A stretch of 59,904 nt of DNA from Blastocystis sp. subtype 4 (Eukaryota). Positions 1 through 11,096 of the stretch are shown here, piece by piece (within the stretch, counting starts at the first letter, position 1; the number at the start of each line of letters is the position of its first letter). Position numbers and translations under genes: made by a program. The notes below the pieces were generated by a model, which had not been told where the DNA came from, searched no databases, and saw nothing but the letters and a program-made list of their open reading frames with translations. The DNA lies in NCBI RefSeq assembly GCF_000743755.1, contig NW_014569519.1:1-59904 (forward strand). The letters run 5' to 3'.

Positions 1-371
1 ATAGTTGCTGGGAGTATCCACTCCCTACACATAAGAATCTCATTCCAGAACCAAAAATACCTTCTCCACAATCAGCGAAGGAGCACACTGAGCAATAGCA
101 AGGAGAATACAAAGAGTCAAAGTCTTGAACTAATCGCTTATCCTATATACCAAATGAAGTACCATTGGATCTAGAATCGTTTGAAAGGTTTACAATAACA
201 CGGAACTGTGTATTAATGATGGTTGACGCAGAAATGCCACAAAACGTTCAGTGATAACGTCTCTTGATAATGAAGGAAGTGGTAACGACTTGCGAATAAT
301 CAACAAACAGAGGAAAACTTCCTCAAAACAAACAAGAGAAATGTTACGTTTAAACATGGTCCAAATTGCGC

Positions 372-2002
372 TTACAGAGGAATGTTTCCATGCTTCTTCC
401 AAGGATTGGTCATCTTCTTNGTCTGAAGAATCTCGAGGTCCTCACAGAGTCTGCGACGAGTTTCAGTGGGTTCAATGATATCATCAATGAATCCTCTCTG
501 AGCAGCCATCAAAGGATTGGCGAAGTTGTAGGTGTACTCAGCCTTGTTCTTGTCGAGGTCCTTGCCACGGAAGATGATCTTGACAGCTCCATCAGCTCCC
601 ATGACAGCAATCTCTCCATTGGGCCAGGAGTAGTTGCTATCTCCACGAAGATGCTTTGATGACATGACACAGTAGGCACCTCCATAGCTCTTTCGTGTGA
701 TGACTGTGACCTTTGGTACGGTGGCCTCAGCATATGCATAGATGAGTTTGGCTCCCTCACGGATGATACCACGATGCTCTTGGTTGACACCAGGGAGGAA
801 TCCAGGGACATCGACGAATGTCACCAGAGGAATGTTGAATGCATCACAGAAACGCACGAAACGAGCACCCTTCACTGAGGCATTGATATCCAGACAACCT
901 GCCAGCTCCAAAGGCTGATTTGCTACCACTCCCACTGTACGACCTTCCATACGACCGAAACCCACCACAATGTTCTTTGCGAAGTCAGGAGATGTCTCGA
1001 AGAACTCATGATCATCCACCACCATCTTCACCAGCTTCTTCATATCATATGGCAAGTTCGCATCCAGAGGCACGATGTTGTTCAGAGCCGGATCCGCACG
1101 CTCACGAGGATCACTGCACACACGACTCGGCACACCATCCTTGTTGTTCAGAGGCAGATAATCATAGAACTTACGCATCGCACGCAGCATCTCCACATCA
1201 TTATCATACGCACCATGAGCCACACCCGACTTCTTCGTATGCACTGATGCTCCTCCCAACTCCTCCTGTGTCATATCCTCCTGTGTCACTGTCTTCACCA
1301 CATCTGGACCCGTAATGAACATGTACGATGTATCACGCACCATGAAGATGAAATCAGTTATTGCTGGAGAGTACACAGCACCTCCAGCACAAGGTCCCAT
1401 GATCAGAGAGATCTGAGGAATCACTCCCGAAGACAGCGTATTACGCTTGAAGATCTCAGAATATCCAGCCAAAGAGTCACATCCCTCCTGAATACGAGCA
1501 CCACCAGAATCGTTCAGACCAATCACAGGAGCACCCACATCCATAGCCTTGTCCATCACCTTGCAAATCTTCTCAGCATTCGTTCCAGACAGAGAACCAC
1601 CCAACACTGTGAAGTCCTGAGCAAACAAAAACACCAAACGACCATTGATCGTTCCATGACCTGTCACCACACCATCACCAGGATAGTTCTGCTTCTCCAT
1701 TCCGAAATTCACACAACGATGAGCCTTCAGTTGGTCATACTCACGGAATGAACCCTTATCCACCAGCAACTCAATACGCTCACGAGCGGTCAATTTACCT
1801 CGCTTGTGCTGAGACTCAATACGCTTCTCTCCTCCTCCAACCAAAGCCTGCTTACGGGCTTCATACAGACGCTCCGTAAATGGTTTCGTCAAATCCACAG
1901 CTCCAGCAAAACCACGCTACACTCATTACTCATACACACTCACACACTTACCATCAACGGCATGACACGCTTCGAGATCATTCCAGGAACAGATGCCAGC
2001 AT
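372..2002 (-). CDS. PCCB: Propionyl-CoA carboxylase beta chain with mitochondrial/MRO presequence; 35-nt intron 1917-1951
   Basis: Carboxyltransferase motifs [22 protein letters not shown] and C-terminal WKKHGNIPL. Exon 1 ([17 protein letters not shown]) splices in frame to RGFAGAVDL. Confidence 0.93.
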
Positions 2003-2113
2003 TCTAACACGTTATTGTGAGAGATACAGGAATTGGGCAAATGTGGCTGTCGAAAGACCTCTTGTCGCACAATACTAATATACTCTTATTCGGAAAACAT
2101 CAACAAACAAAGC

Positions 2114-3151
2114 AGAATGAAAGCAGATTGTCAGCAAACAGAAGATTGTTCGACACTCCTCCCAAAACAACCATGTCTCCCACTACTGCAAAAGCATTGG
2201 GTTTCCACTGCAGAGAGAGTTGTAGTTGCGTCCGGAATCTGTTCAGTTTCTTGTCCTCATAGCTGAGAGCAAAGAGATTGTCGCTACCAGTACTCAGTAA
2301 TAAATGTGTGCTGTCTCTCCAAACCGACTCAATCTAATGTCTAAGCGACTTCTAATACCCACTTGAGAGATACTATAACTATGAGGATTTGCAATACATC
2401 GATCTCCAGTTGCCTCCAAGAGTCGAATAGTTCCATCGCCACAACCACAATAAACAGCACCATCTCGTTCCGATCGTGTAACAGAAAAAATAAAAGGCGG
2501 ATTCACAGATGCAATGTTCGTACTAAGAGGATTAATGGACCATTCTTTGAGGATATCGCCCTTTAAATCAAACTGAATCGCATGGTAATCACATCCGACA
2601 GAATAAAAGATGGGACTACTGTGAAGAACAATACAATTCCTTACTTGGTATCTTCATAATACACCAGAAGATCAGTACAAATATTGCTATGCATCTCTTC
2701 AAAGGTTATAGACTCATCTGAGTGATCCAAATTCCATAACAGAATATCTCTACACAGAATCCCTTGACAACAATACAAACCCTTTATCATCACATATAGC
2801 TAGATATTTGGAGTCTTTTGCTTTAACAGGTTGGATTCGATTCACACAATCCATGTTCATGGTTATCGATGTTTTGGCTTCATTCAATATAACTTCCGTG
2901 TTACGGATATCATATAGAAGGACTGCCGTATCACAACCAACACAGAGCAAATAGTCATCATCAGGATACGCAGACAAACACGAAACCTCATCATAGATAT
3001 CTCCTTTCAAACATTTGATGCTTCGTTGTTGACGAATATCCCATTGTCGGACTGTCCTATCCTCACTTCCTGAGAATAAACCCATGGGGTGGTTTAGGAT
3101 ACAATTCACATTGTCTTTATGTCCCTTGACGTAGTTGTAAGACGGCTTCAT
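2114..3151 (-). CDS. WD40-repeat protein (WDR53-like), multi-exon; stop codon completed by polyadenylation
   Basis: GH...LFSGSEDRTVRQWD, VYCGCGDGTIRL and LLSTGSDN repeats. Last exon ends TCA TTC T|GCTT|TGTTTGTT. Confidence 0.75.
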
Positions 3152-3307
3152 TGGTAATAAGCTATCTTCTATTTTTTGCACTTGCGAAAAGGAGATGTTA
3201 CTATTGACTATGAGAAACAAGTCATTCCACATTCCAGAAGAATAGGTTTAGCATGATTCTCATTGACGATATGATTATACACAGATTGTAGAAGCAACAA
3301 ACATCAA

Positions 3308-5346
3308 TACTTCTTATTAGGAAGAAGACGATATGTATTCCAGCCACCAGGAAGATGACGAACATTATAACCATTCTGCTCCAGAATTCGGCATGCATAG
3401 TAAGCAGTTCGACCAATCTATTCATTATACTATCTATTCACTCCAACTCGGCAAGAAACGTCAATGATTTTGTCCTTTGGAAGCTTGTTAAGGTTATCAC
3501 GAATTGTGCCCAGAGGAACATTGGTAAAACCAGGAAGAGGATCTTTCTATTGGTTATCCCACTTCCCAACAACTACATTAAAGACACCGGTATCACGAGT
3601 ATCTAGCTTGAAGGTATCTTCGTTGAATGACTGCACCCAAGTCACTGGATGCAAAAGTCCACGACAAATGTTCTCAGCCACCATTCCTGCAAGATTCACA
3701 ATATCCTTGGCTGCACCATACTACAATAAGAGACATGATGAATACCTACAGGAGGAGAATAGCAGAGCTCGGCTTGAACGAGATCAGTTACAGTTCCATT
3801 CATATGGATATACGATGAAATCACATCAATGCGCTTATCAACCCCAGCAGTTCCCACAGCCTGACCACCGAGGACCTGACCAGTGCGCTTATTGAAAGTC
3901 AGGTTGAGGTGAATCATGGAGGAACCAGGATAGTAGTTTGCATGATTTGGTGAGTGCACTGAGACAATACCAATATCATCAGGATTCATTGCATTAGAAC
4001 TACATATGATTCTCCACTTCCAGCTCTACCGTAACAAAGAGGCAGGAGTGTGACCTGTCATTGCCACGCACAAATCAAACATACCACAAACACTTGTACC
4101 CTGAACACCTCGGAAATACGAAGGAAGACCACACAGCACGTCTGCAGCAATACGACCCTGTCGATTGGCAGGACCTGCTAGAGGTACATTGACATCTACC
4201 TATCAGACAAGACGTATCGCCTACCAAATCCTGTTATATAGTCCTTCACCTGAACAACATCTCCTACAGCGAGAATATCCTTGTCAGAGGTCGTCATGTG
4301 ATCATCCACCTTAATACAGTTCTTGACGCCTAGTTCCAGTCCAGCATTTCGCGCAAGTTCGCTATTAGGAACCACACCCACAGACATCAAAACCAAGTCA
4401 CAAGGTAAGATGCTTCCATCACCACACTTCAACTCCAGAGAACTATCATCCTTACTGATAATTTCCTTCAGACTGCATCCTGACAAAACATGAATTCCCT
4501 TCTCCTTCATCTTCGACTCGAGAACCGTGGCCAACTCGTCAGAGAGATTGGGCATGACATGCGGAGCTTGCTCTATTACTGTCACATCCAAACCCCTACA
4601 CATCATCAACCAACACCACACTATACTTGATCTTGAGATTCTCGGCCATCTCCAGTCCAATGAACCCTCCACCGACAATTACAGCCTTCTTGGCATTACG
4701 TGTCTCAATCCATGCTTTAATCTACTAATCACTCGATGTGACCGTAACTACCTGACGACTGTCAGGGATATCACGAAGCTGGAACACTCCCGGAGCATTC
4801 ACTCCATTGATTGGAGGAATGAAAGGACGAGAACCAGGTGACAAAATGAGCTTATCATAGGCGACCTCAAAACTACTTCTCACGATCTTACCTTAACCTA
4901 CGTTTTGTTACTTGCAAGATCTTTAACGAGAACAGTTTTCTCCTTACGGTTGATCTTTACAACTTCGTGATTTGTTTTCACATCGACATTAAAGTACTCT
5001 CTAAACTGCTTCTGACTGGATACAAGAAGACTTTTCTCCTAACCATTACATTCCATTCCAGAAGTGACTTGAGGAATCACACCTCCAACATAATAAGGAA
5101 GTCCACAATTGGCAAATGCATTGTAAGGTCCCTTTTCAAACACAGTAATCGATGCAATCTCATCCAGACGTCGTAATCTAAATCTAAGACAGGCAGATGC
5201 ATGCTCTACCTTGCAGCAGCACTACCACCTCCAGCAACTCCTCCAACAATTACAATCTTTCGACCTTTGGGAAAAGATCTATAAATTACCATGAAGCATC
5301 CACAATCGTACGACATAAACCGTCGAATTACAGAAGCACGTAACAT
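3308..5346 (-). CDS. CoA-disulfide reductase/NADH oxidase family flavoprotein with C-terminal rhodanese domain and N-terminal presequence
   Basis: Spliced protein begins MLRASVIRRFMSS and contains IVIVGGVAGGGSAAARLRR, FANCGLPYYVG, VGGGFIGLEMAE, LAGPANRQG and ELCYSPPYGAAKD. The rhodanese part has VSCRIGRTAY and LPGGWNTY. Many ~30-nt introns. Confidence 0.88.
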
Positions 5347-5461
5347 GAAAGTCTAGAAACCTGGATATGTGGATATCTTATAAAAGGGGAAATGGAGAAC
5401 CATTTGGTACCAATTATCGTAAATCGTCAACAAAGATACAATAGAGTATATATATGTCGAT

Positions 5462-6718
5462 TTATATCTTTGGATATGCCCTTGCTGAACATCGCTGAAC
5501 CATTGTCTTCTACTTTCGAGAAGTATCAATACAAGTACATCGATTCGGATATGTTTAATAAGCATGGTTGTGCATAACTCGAGCATCTGCTTACATATGC
5601 TTCGCTCTGGAGACTTTCCTATCTTTTTTATTATCTCCTCACACTGTGAAAGAATATCCTACATATCATAGAAATGTTGCATATCCACTTTGTGGTCCTG
5701 GATGTGTTCCATCGTATCGAGATACTGCTTGAAGTGAAAGAACAGATTAGAAGAGATAGAAAGGATATGGGTTGGTTCCAAAGAAGGATTCCTCGTCAAA
5801 CATGTGAATCAAACAGGATTCATAGAAAACCTTGATCACATCCTGATAAGCAAACCTCAAGGTATTGCCCGTAGAAAGATGGATAAACGCTTAGAATGAA
5901 GGGAAAATAGTGGTACATAACAAAGGATATATTCGTGAGAGACACAATAAATTGATGTTGCCAGTCGATCGGAACACATCCAGTCGACAGAATAGCGTCA
6001 TTCCATTCAATATAGGGTTGATGGAGCGATAGCATTACGTCCCGAAGAACCAAACCATTCATTGTCGGATTTCCTTGCAATCAGTAACTTCTACAGGAAT
6101 TACTATATAGACCCGTAGCTATCAAGAAGATTCGCGACAAATAGGCCTGCCAAGCACAAATCAACATGTGATTGGAATCAAACCTAGATTTTATCAGACC
6201 TCTCGAAGGATACCCAAATGTATCTGAAATCGCCCACATCATGCACGTGAGGAATGTAGAATAGGTGGTGAGATTGGTACTCACCTTTGCATATACTTTC
6301 ATTGCTTCATTGATGATTTCCTTGTCAGTCTCCTGGTCTCTTTAGTAGTTCAATACTCCTACTTCGGATGTTTGATACTTGGAAAGACGTTCAGGAATCG
6401 CATGAAATAGATCATCGAATAGAGTCTACACATAAATGAGAAGACAAAAACATTCTTTGGAAGATGAGTTCGAATACACCTCATTAAGAGAGACCATCGC
6501 ACTTTCATTTAAACGGTTTTTCACATTTAACTAGAAATGATCCCTCATTTGAATGGATACCAAATTATCTCCTGGTGACATAATGTACCAATGACACACA
6601 AATTGATAATATAAGATATCATCCACGTTCATATGTTCCTGAATACTAGATCCATAACAGAAAATTGCAGAACTAACAACTTGTACCGTTTGGTCGTTTT
6701 CATCTTGTCATTTTTCAT
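5462..6718 (-). CDS. Hypothetical multi-exon protein with candidate U12-type introns; start uncertain
   Basis: Several ~30-nt GT-AG introns on the minus strand. The 3' exons join to ...HKDILSQCEEIIKKIGKSPERS...AYPKI*. No family recognised. Confidence 0.45.
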
Positions 6719-6894
6719 GAGAATTAATGTAGATGCACACATCTTTAGCTTTTCTGATGTGAGATTGGCAGACGAGTCATACCTACACAAATCACCTTCC
6801 CGTTATCTGCAATACCAAGACGGAATTATCACCTCCTCTCTTGGATACCCCTCCGCATTAGTAGAAGAGATCTGTTGACCCATACAGGAATGTG

Positions 6895-6902
6895 AACAAA
6901 CA
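6895..6902 (-). terminator. TGTTTGTT polyadenylation-directing element (POLA2 copy, representative of many)
   Basis: The same 8-mer follows many genes, on the minus strand at 302, 2102, 3296, 15679, 23869, 32799, 38704 and 46431, and on the plus strand near 11049, 20977, 28730, 31016, 31640, 47897, 55604 and 56463. Confidence 0.85.
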
Positions 6903-6906
6903 AGCA

Positions 6907-8955
6907 ACACTGAAATGATCTCAACTTTGCACCTCCGATCCACTGCATTCAGTACACTTTCTTCACAACCTTCCTTCTTCATCGGATATACAGTAATCCG
7001 AGCATATGTTCCAGCACCATTTCCAAGGGCCAATGGTCCAGGAGCAACAAAGAGAACTCCGTCAACATCGTGAACAAATTTCATCTTATCTGTTGCGATG
7101 ATCTGGATATCAGGAACACAACTCCATGTAAGTCTTCGAATTCGTGTGACATCCAACGGTATCAAAGAAGCTGGATACAGTGGATACATGCTTTGCTGTT
7201 GAACCAAATGACGACAAAACAACACCTGTTTATTCACATCCTTCTCCTGATGATTATAACTCTGACTAATCAGATCCATCAGAATATCTCCATTCACCAC
7301 ACCCATTGACAGACAGTCTTGGATATGGAGGAGACTCGGATTTCCTGCCACAATCACATTCCGCTAAAACTCAATACCACAAAGCACATCTACTCGTCTC
7401 TTCACATCCACTGGGCATTGTGGAAATACAGGGAATGCAGTAGCATCATCAATCGAAGGAACAAGAACAATTGGAATCCCCAAATCCTGTACATCGGACC
7501 AATGCTTGGAACCGAAGAAAGGCGAATCTGAACGAGATTCCAGAGACGAATCCGGAACAAAGGGACCACACTAGAGTCAATCCTATCATACATACCAACA
7601 AGGATTAGAAGAGAAGGTTTATCCGTAGTCAGATGACCAATAAAGTCATCAAATTGTTCATAGTTCCAATCGTGGGATGAAGGACTTATCATGCTCATGA
7701 CAAGAAGGATATATTTCGACTTGTGAAAGGACCTCGAGCAACAACAATGGATAGACTAGATTCCAGTTGATTCGTGATAGGAACCCGAGGAAGTGACAAA
7801 GGGTATCCCTACAATAAATAAAAGTGAACTTCAACCTACAGGATAGAGACGAGATACTTGGATTCGACGATTGTTCATAACTCCTTCAACACCCAAAATC
7901 TAGAGTTCATAGAATCATTCGTATAGACTTGGCCAGGAAACAGAGAAAAAGAAGGAACATCAGATAGAATCAGAGCCACATGATTATCAAACTCATCCTA
8001 CTTCGTAGAGACGATACATTCAGTACATAGATCGAAATTGAGGAATCTGTTAAGCGAAGCCCTGATTTGGCATTAAAGAATACCATTCCACAGATACACA
8101 CTTCGGTTTCAATGACATATTGAATCTACACTTCAACTGCAACTATTTCTCTACAGAAGTGAATTCCTTCTCATAGGCTGCATTCATTCGTTCCCGTGAT
8201 GCAATAATGAAAGAATATAAACTATCAGAAGTCTCAACAGCAGAGAGATAACGAGCACTAAACCTAACCCATCTGCTAAACTCTCACTTCACATCCTGTT
8301 CACCGACACCTGGATCAACAACACATGTTACAGGACTATCAAAGAGTGGTGCATCCACAGTGCAGATGGAAGGATCCATCTCTGCATATGTAGTTTTGAT
8401 GACATTCTTCTCTTTACGATTCTTGAACATTTCATTCTTGCTTGGTGTCGGCCATGTCCTAGGATTCACTCTTCAAAATAATCCTACTTTGGAGATTGGT
8501 TGTGACGTACAGATGGGGATGAACTAACGTCAAACACGCGTCCTGAGGCAGGTGTACTGAGAACATCACTATTCACAACAGAGCCACGTTGCTTCTTCAA
8601 AGGAGTTGAGGGAGCTGGCATATCAGATCCAGATCGTTTAGGAGTTCCATCTCCGATTCCTGAATGAGTATGTTTCTGTGATTAAGCGAGAGTTCATTTC
8701 CCACATCAATATAATCAAGAAGGTATTTTACATTCAAATAATCAAATTCGTCCACATTATGGCTAATCGAATAAGCCTCAATACAATTCTCTAAATCTTC
8801 ATGTGAACAAACGAACTGATTAGCTGCTTTCAGAACTACATCAAATTAACACATAAGAGATAATAGCTACAAGTTTCAACAGCGTCGTCTTTAACAGTTT
8901 TCCCCACTTTCTCAAAGAGGGATACGACATCACTCCCAGTATGAATCGCTTCCAT
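6907..8955 (-). CDS. POLA2: DNA polymerase alpha subunit B; stop codon completed by polyadenylation
   Basis: Motifs VVARGPFT, HLVQQQSMYPLYPA and PGPLALGNGAGTYARI. C-terminus CKVEIISV is followed by T|TGCT|TGTTTGTT. Confidence 0.88.
7672..7712 (-). other. U12-type AT-AC intron (41 nt) in POLA2
   Basis: ATATCCTTCTTG...TCCTTCATCCCAC. Removing it joins GPFTSRN to DWNYEQF and skips an in-frame TGA. No GT-AG pair of suitable size restores the frame. Confidence 0.8.
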
Positions 8956-9005
8956 CTTCCAAGGAGAGTAATTGTGATGAACAAACAAAATCATAAATCA
9001 ACACT

Positions 9006-10454
9006 CTAATGAACGAAATCTTCATTTGAATTAAACGTAGCTTTGACATCCACAACTGTCTTACTCTGCTCTACTGCTTTCTTGGGGACATCCTTCGATA
9101 TATCCTCAAGATCCTCATTAGCAACGTGATGCAACTCAACAGATTTCTCATCGGTTGGAGTCTTGATGGAGGAAATAGGCATTTCTTTCTTAAACGTAAA
9201 GTCATAAATAATAAAGAAGAGCAGACAAAGAATGCAGAGGACTCCGCAGAGAAGAATTTCCTTTAACAGATTCGCATCACTCACCCACTTAGTTGTAGAG
9301 TCCACGAATAAAGGAGCAATCAGATAGCAAATACAACTACCCATGTATTGGAATAAACGGTAACAAGCATTCGCACTTTCGAGATCCGAGTAATTATGAC
9401 CAAGAATCGCAGGAACAAACGTTTCATATGCAGAATCAGAGAGAGATAAAAAGATAAAGGCCAAATAAAACAATGCATTCTGGGACTTATTGGAGAACCA
9501 GAATGTTACGAGAGCACAAAGCTCAAACACGGTTGCTAAAGAGAGCATGGAAATGTTCCCCACCTTATCTAGAAGGAGTCCCATAGGTGTTGAGATAAAT
9601 GTCTCCACGATACAGAACAATGACATCATCAAGCCAACAGTACCAGTATCATGGACCTGACGAGTCAACATGCTTCCAATAAATACGTATTCAAAGCCCA
9701 CAAAGAACATAGGTAACAATAACCAACGCATATTCGGAGAGATCATAAGTCGAATCATCTTCTTAATCAAAACCTTGGGAGATGTTTTGGACACGAATTT
9801 TCGCTTCGATTCACCAGGTGACGGTTTCAACATATACATGGGAATGGCACCAAGAAGAGAGATGATTCCCAAAAAGATGAACATGATCGAGGCCGAATCG
9901 TGCCAACCACTGGACGAGGGATAATCTCCAATTCCAATGAAACGGAGGAGGAAATACACAGCAACATTACCAATAGCAGCTCCTGTCATATACAATGTCC
10001 AGAAAATGCCAGATTTCTTTCCACGGTCTTCATCGGTAGAATTGTCACATAGATAAATACCTTCCGCAGTCCAAAGAACAGCGGCAAAAATACCATGGAT
10101 AAAACTCCAAACCAAGTTCAACGGAGGGATGATGTAAGCGAAATCAAGAATATACAGTCCATATTCAAACGACACCCAAAACATTGTACTGCGCTCATTC
10201 TTGAACAGGTTCAAGATAGGCGGAACGAAGAAATTTGCGAAGGAGTTAGAAAAGTATAAGAGAGCCATAGAAACAGATCCCAACTTTCCCAAAATGGGTA
10301 CAATGAAACTTGATGACACTTTCACACCAATCAGGCATAATGACATGCCAATACCTAGAGTCACCACATTCGACATACTCGGATCCTTTTCATTTTCTTT
10401 TGTCTTTTGTGTGTTCGACATGGCACACGAAGATATGGAAATTCCACTCTTCAT
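9006..10454 (-). CDS. UNC-93/MFSD11-like MFS membrane protein, single exon (start may be Met at about 10421)
   Basis: About 11-12 hydrophobic segments. GIFAAVLWTAEGIYL...GKKSGIFW is UNC-93-like. Confidence 0.75.
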   Translation of the reverse strand: MKSGISISSCAMSNTQKTKENEKDPSMSNVVTLGIGMSLCLIGVKVSSSFIVPILGKLGSVSMALLYFSNSFANFFVPPILNLFKNERSTMFWVSFEYGLYILDFAYIIPPLNLVWSFIHGIFAAVLWTAEGIYLCDNSTDEDRGKKSGIFWTLYMTGAAIGNVAVYFLLRFIGIGDYPSSSGWHDSASIMFIFLGIISLLGAIPMYMLKPSPGESKRKFVSKTSPKVLIKKMIRLMISPNMRWLLLPMFFVGFEYVFIGSMLTRQVHDTGTVGLMMSLFCIVETFISTPMGLLLDKVGNISMLSLATVFELCALVTFWFSNKSQNALFYLAFIFLSLSDSAYETFVPAILGHNYSDLESANACYRLFQYMGSCICYLIAPLFVDSTTKWVSDANLLKEILLCGVLCILCLLFFIIYDFTFKKEMPISSIKTPTDEKSVELHHVANEDLEDISKDVPKKAVEQSKTVVDVKATFNSNEDFVH

Positions 10455-10496
10455 AATGCCCCGCGGTTATCATTTTCAATTGAAAGGTCTCAAGAA

Positions 10497-10990
10497 ATGT
10501 CACTGAAGATCCTGAAGCAACAGTTAAAAGATCTCACCCAAGAAGATGACGCTGTTTTTTCGAAGCCGGTCTCTACCAAGCATCGAACACGATCTGAAGA
10601 TAAGTTTACAAGACAACGAAAGGTGATGAAGAAGAATACAAAACCGAAAGGACATGATATTTTGATTGAAGACACAGTTTCTATGGTAAAGGAAGGTTGG
10701 AATGAAAGGATGGCGTTATTTACAGAAGTACAGAATGCAAGAGACAGGAAAGAGAGAAATAAAGAATGGAATATGAAGGTCATTGAAGCGATGTCAAAAG
10801 TTGATGGTACTGAAGTGATGAATCGTGTAAGGTAGAGTTTATTGTTAATAATTCGTAGTATTTGGTAAAGAAAGGATTGCGATCAGAAGAGAAGAAAGAG
10901 TCCCTTTCCAAAAAGACTTCGGTCAACTCATATCGTATTAAGGCAAAGGCAACGAAGGATTCGAAGCCCAGCTCTTTTGTTTGGGAATAG
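10497..10990 (+). CDS. Hypothetical small Lys-rich protein, one intron near 10828-10858
   Basis: ORF MSLKILKQQLKDL..., a GT-AG intron, and TGTTTGTT downstream near 11049. Confidence 0.55.
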
Positions 10991-11096
10991 GGAAATATGT
11001 AGATTGATTTTTAAACATTTTGGGTGGAGTCTAGTTCATTTAGATTGTGTTTGTTACATTGGTCATGTATCGGAATGGAACCAAACAGAGTCATAT

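Noticed and set aside
1..300. Possible partial gene at the window start
   Set aside because: No supportable frame or motif.
3222..3425. Hydrophobic 67-aa ORF resembling a small membrane protein
   Set aside because: Alternative frame over the last CoADR-rhodanese exon.
6184..6213. GTATCCTT donor suggesting a GT-AG U12 intron
   Set aside because: It is 30 nt, the major-class size, and has no CCTT(A/C)A branch-like sequence. More likely a U2 intron.
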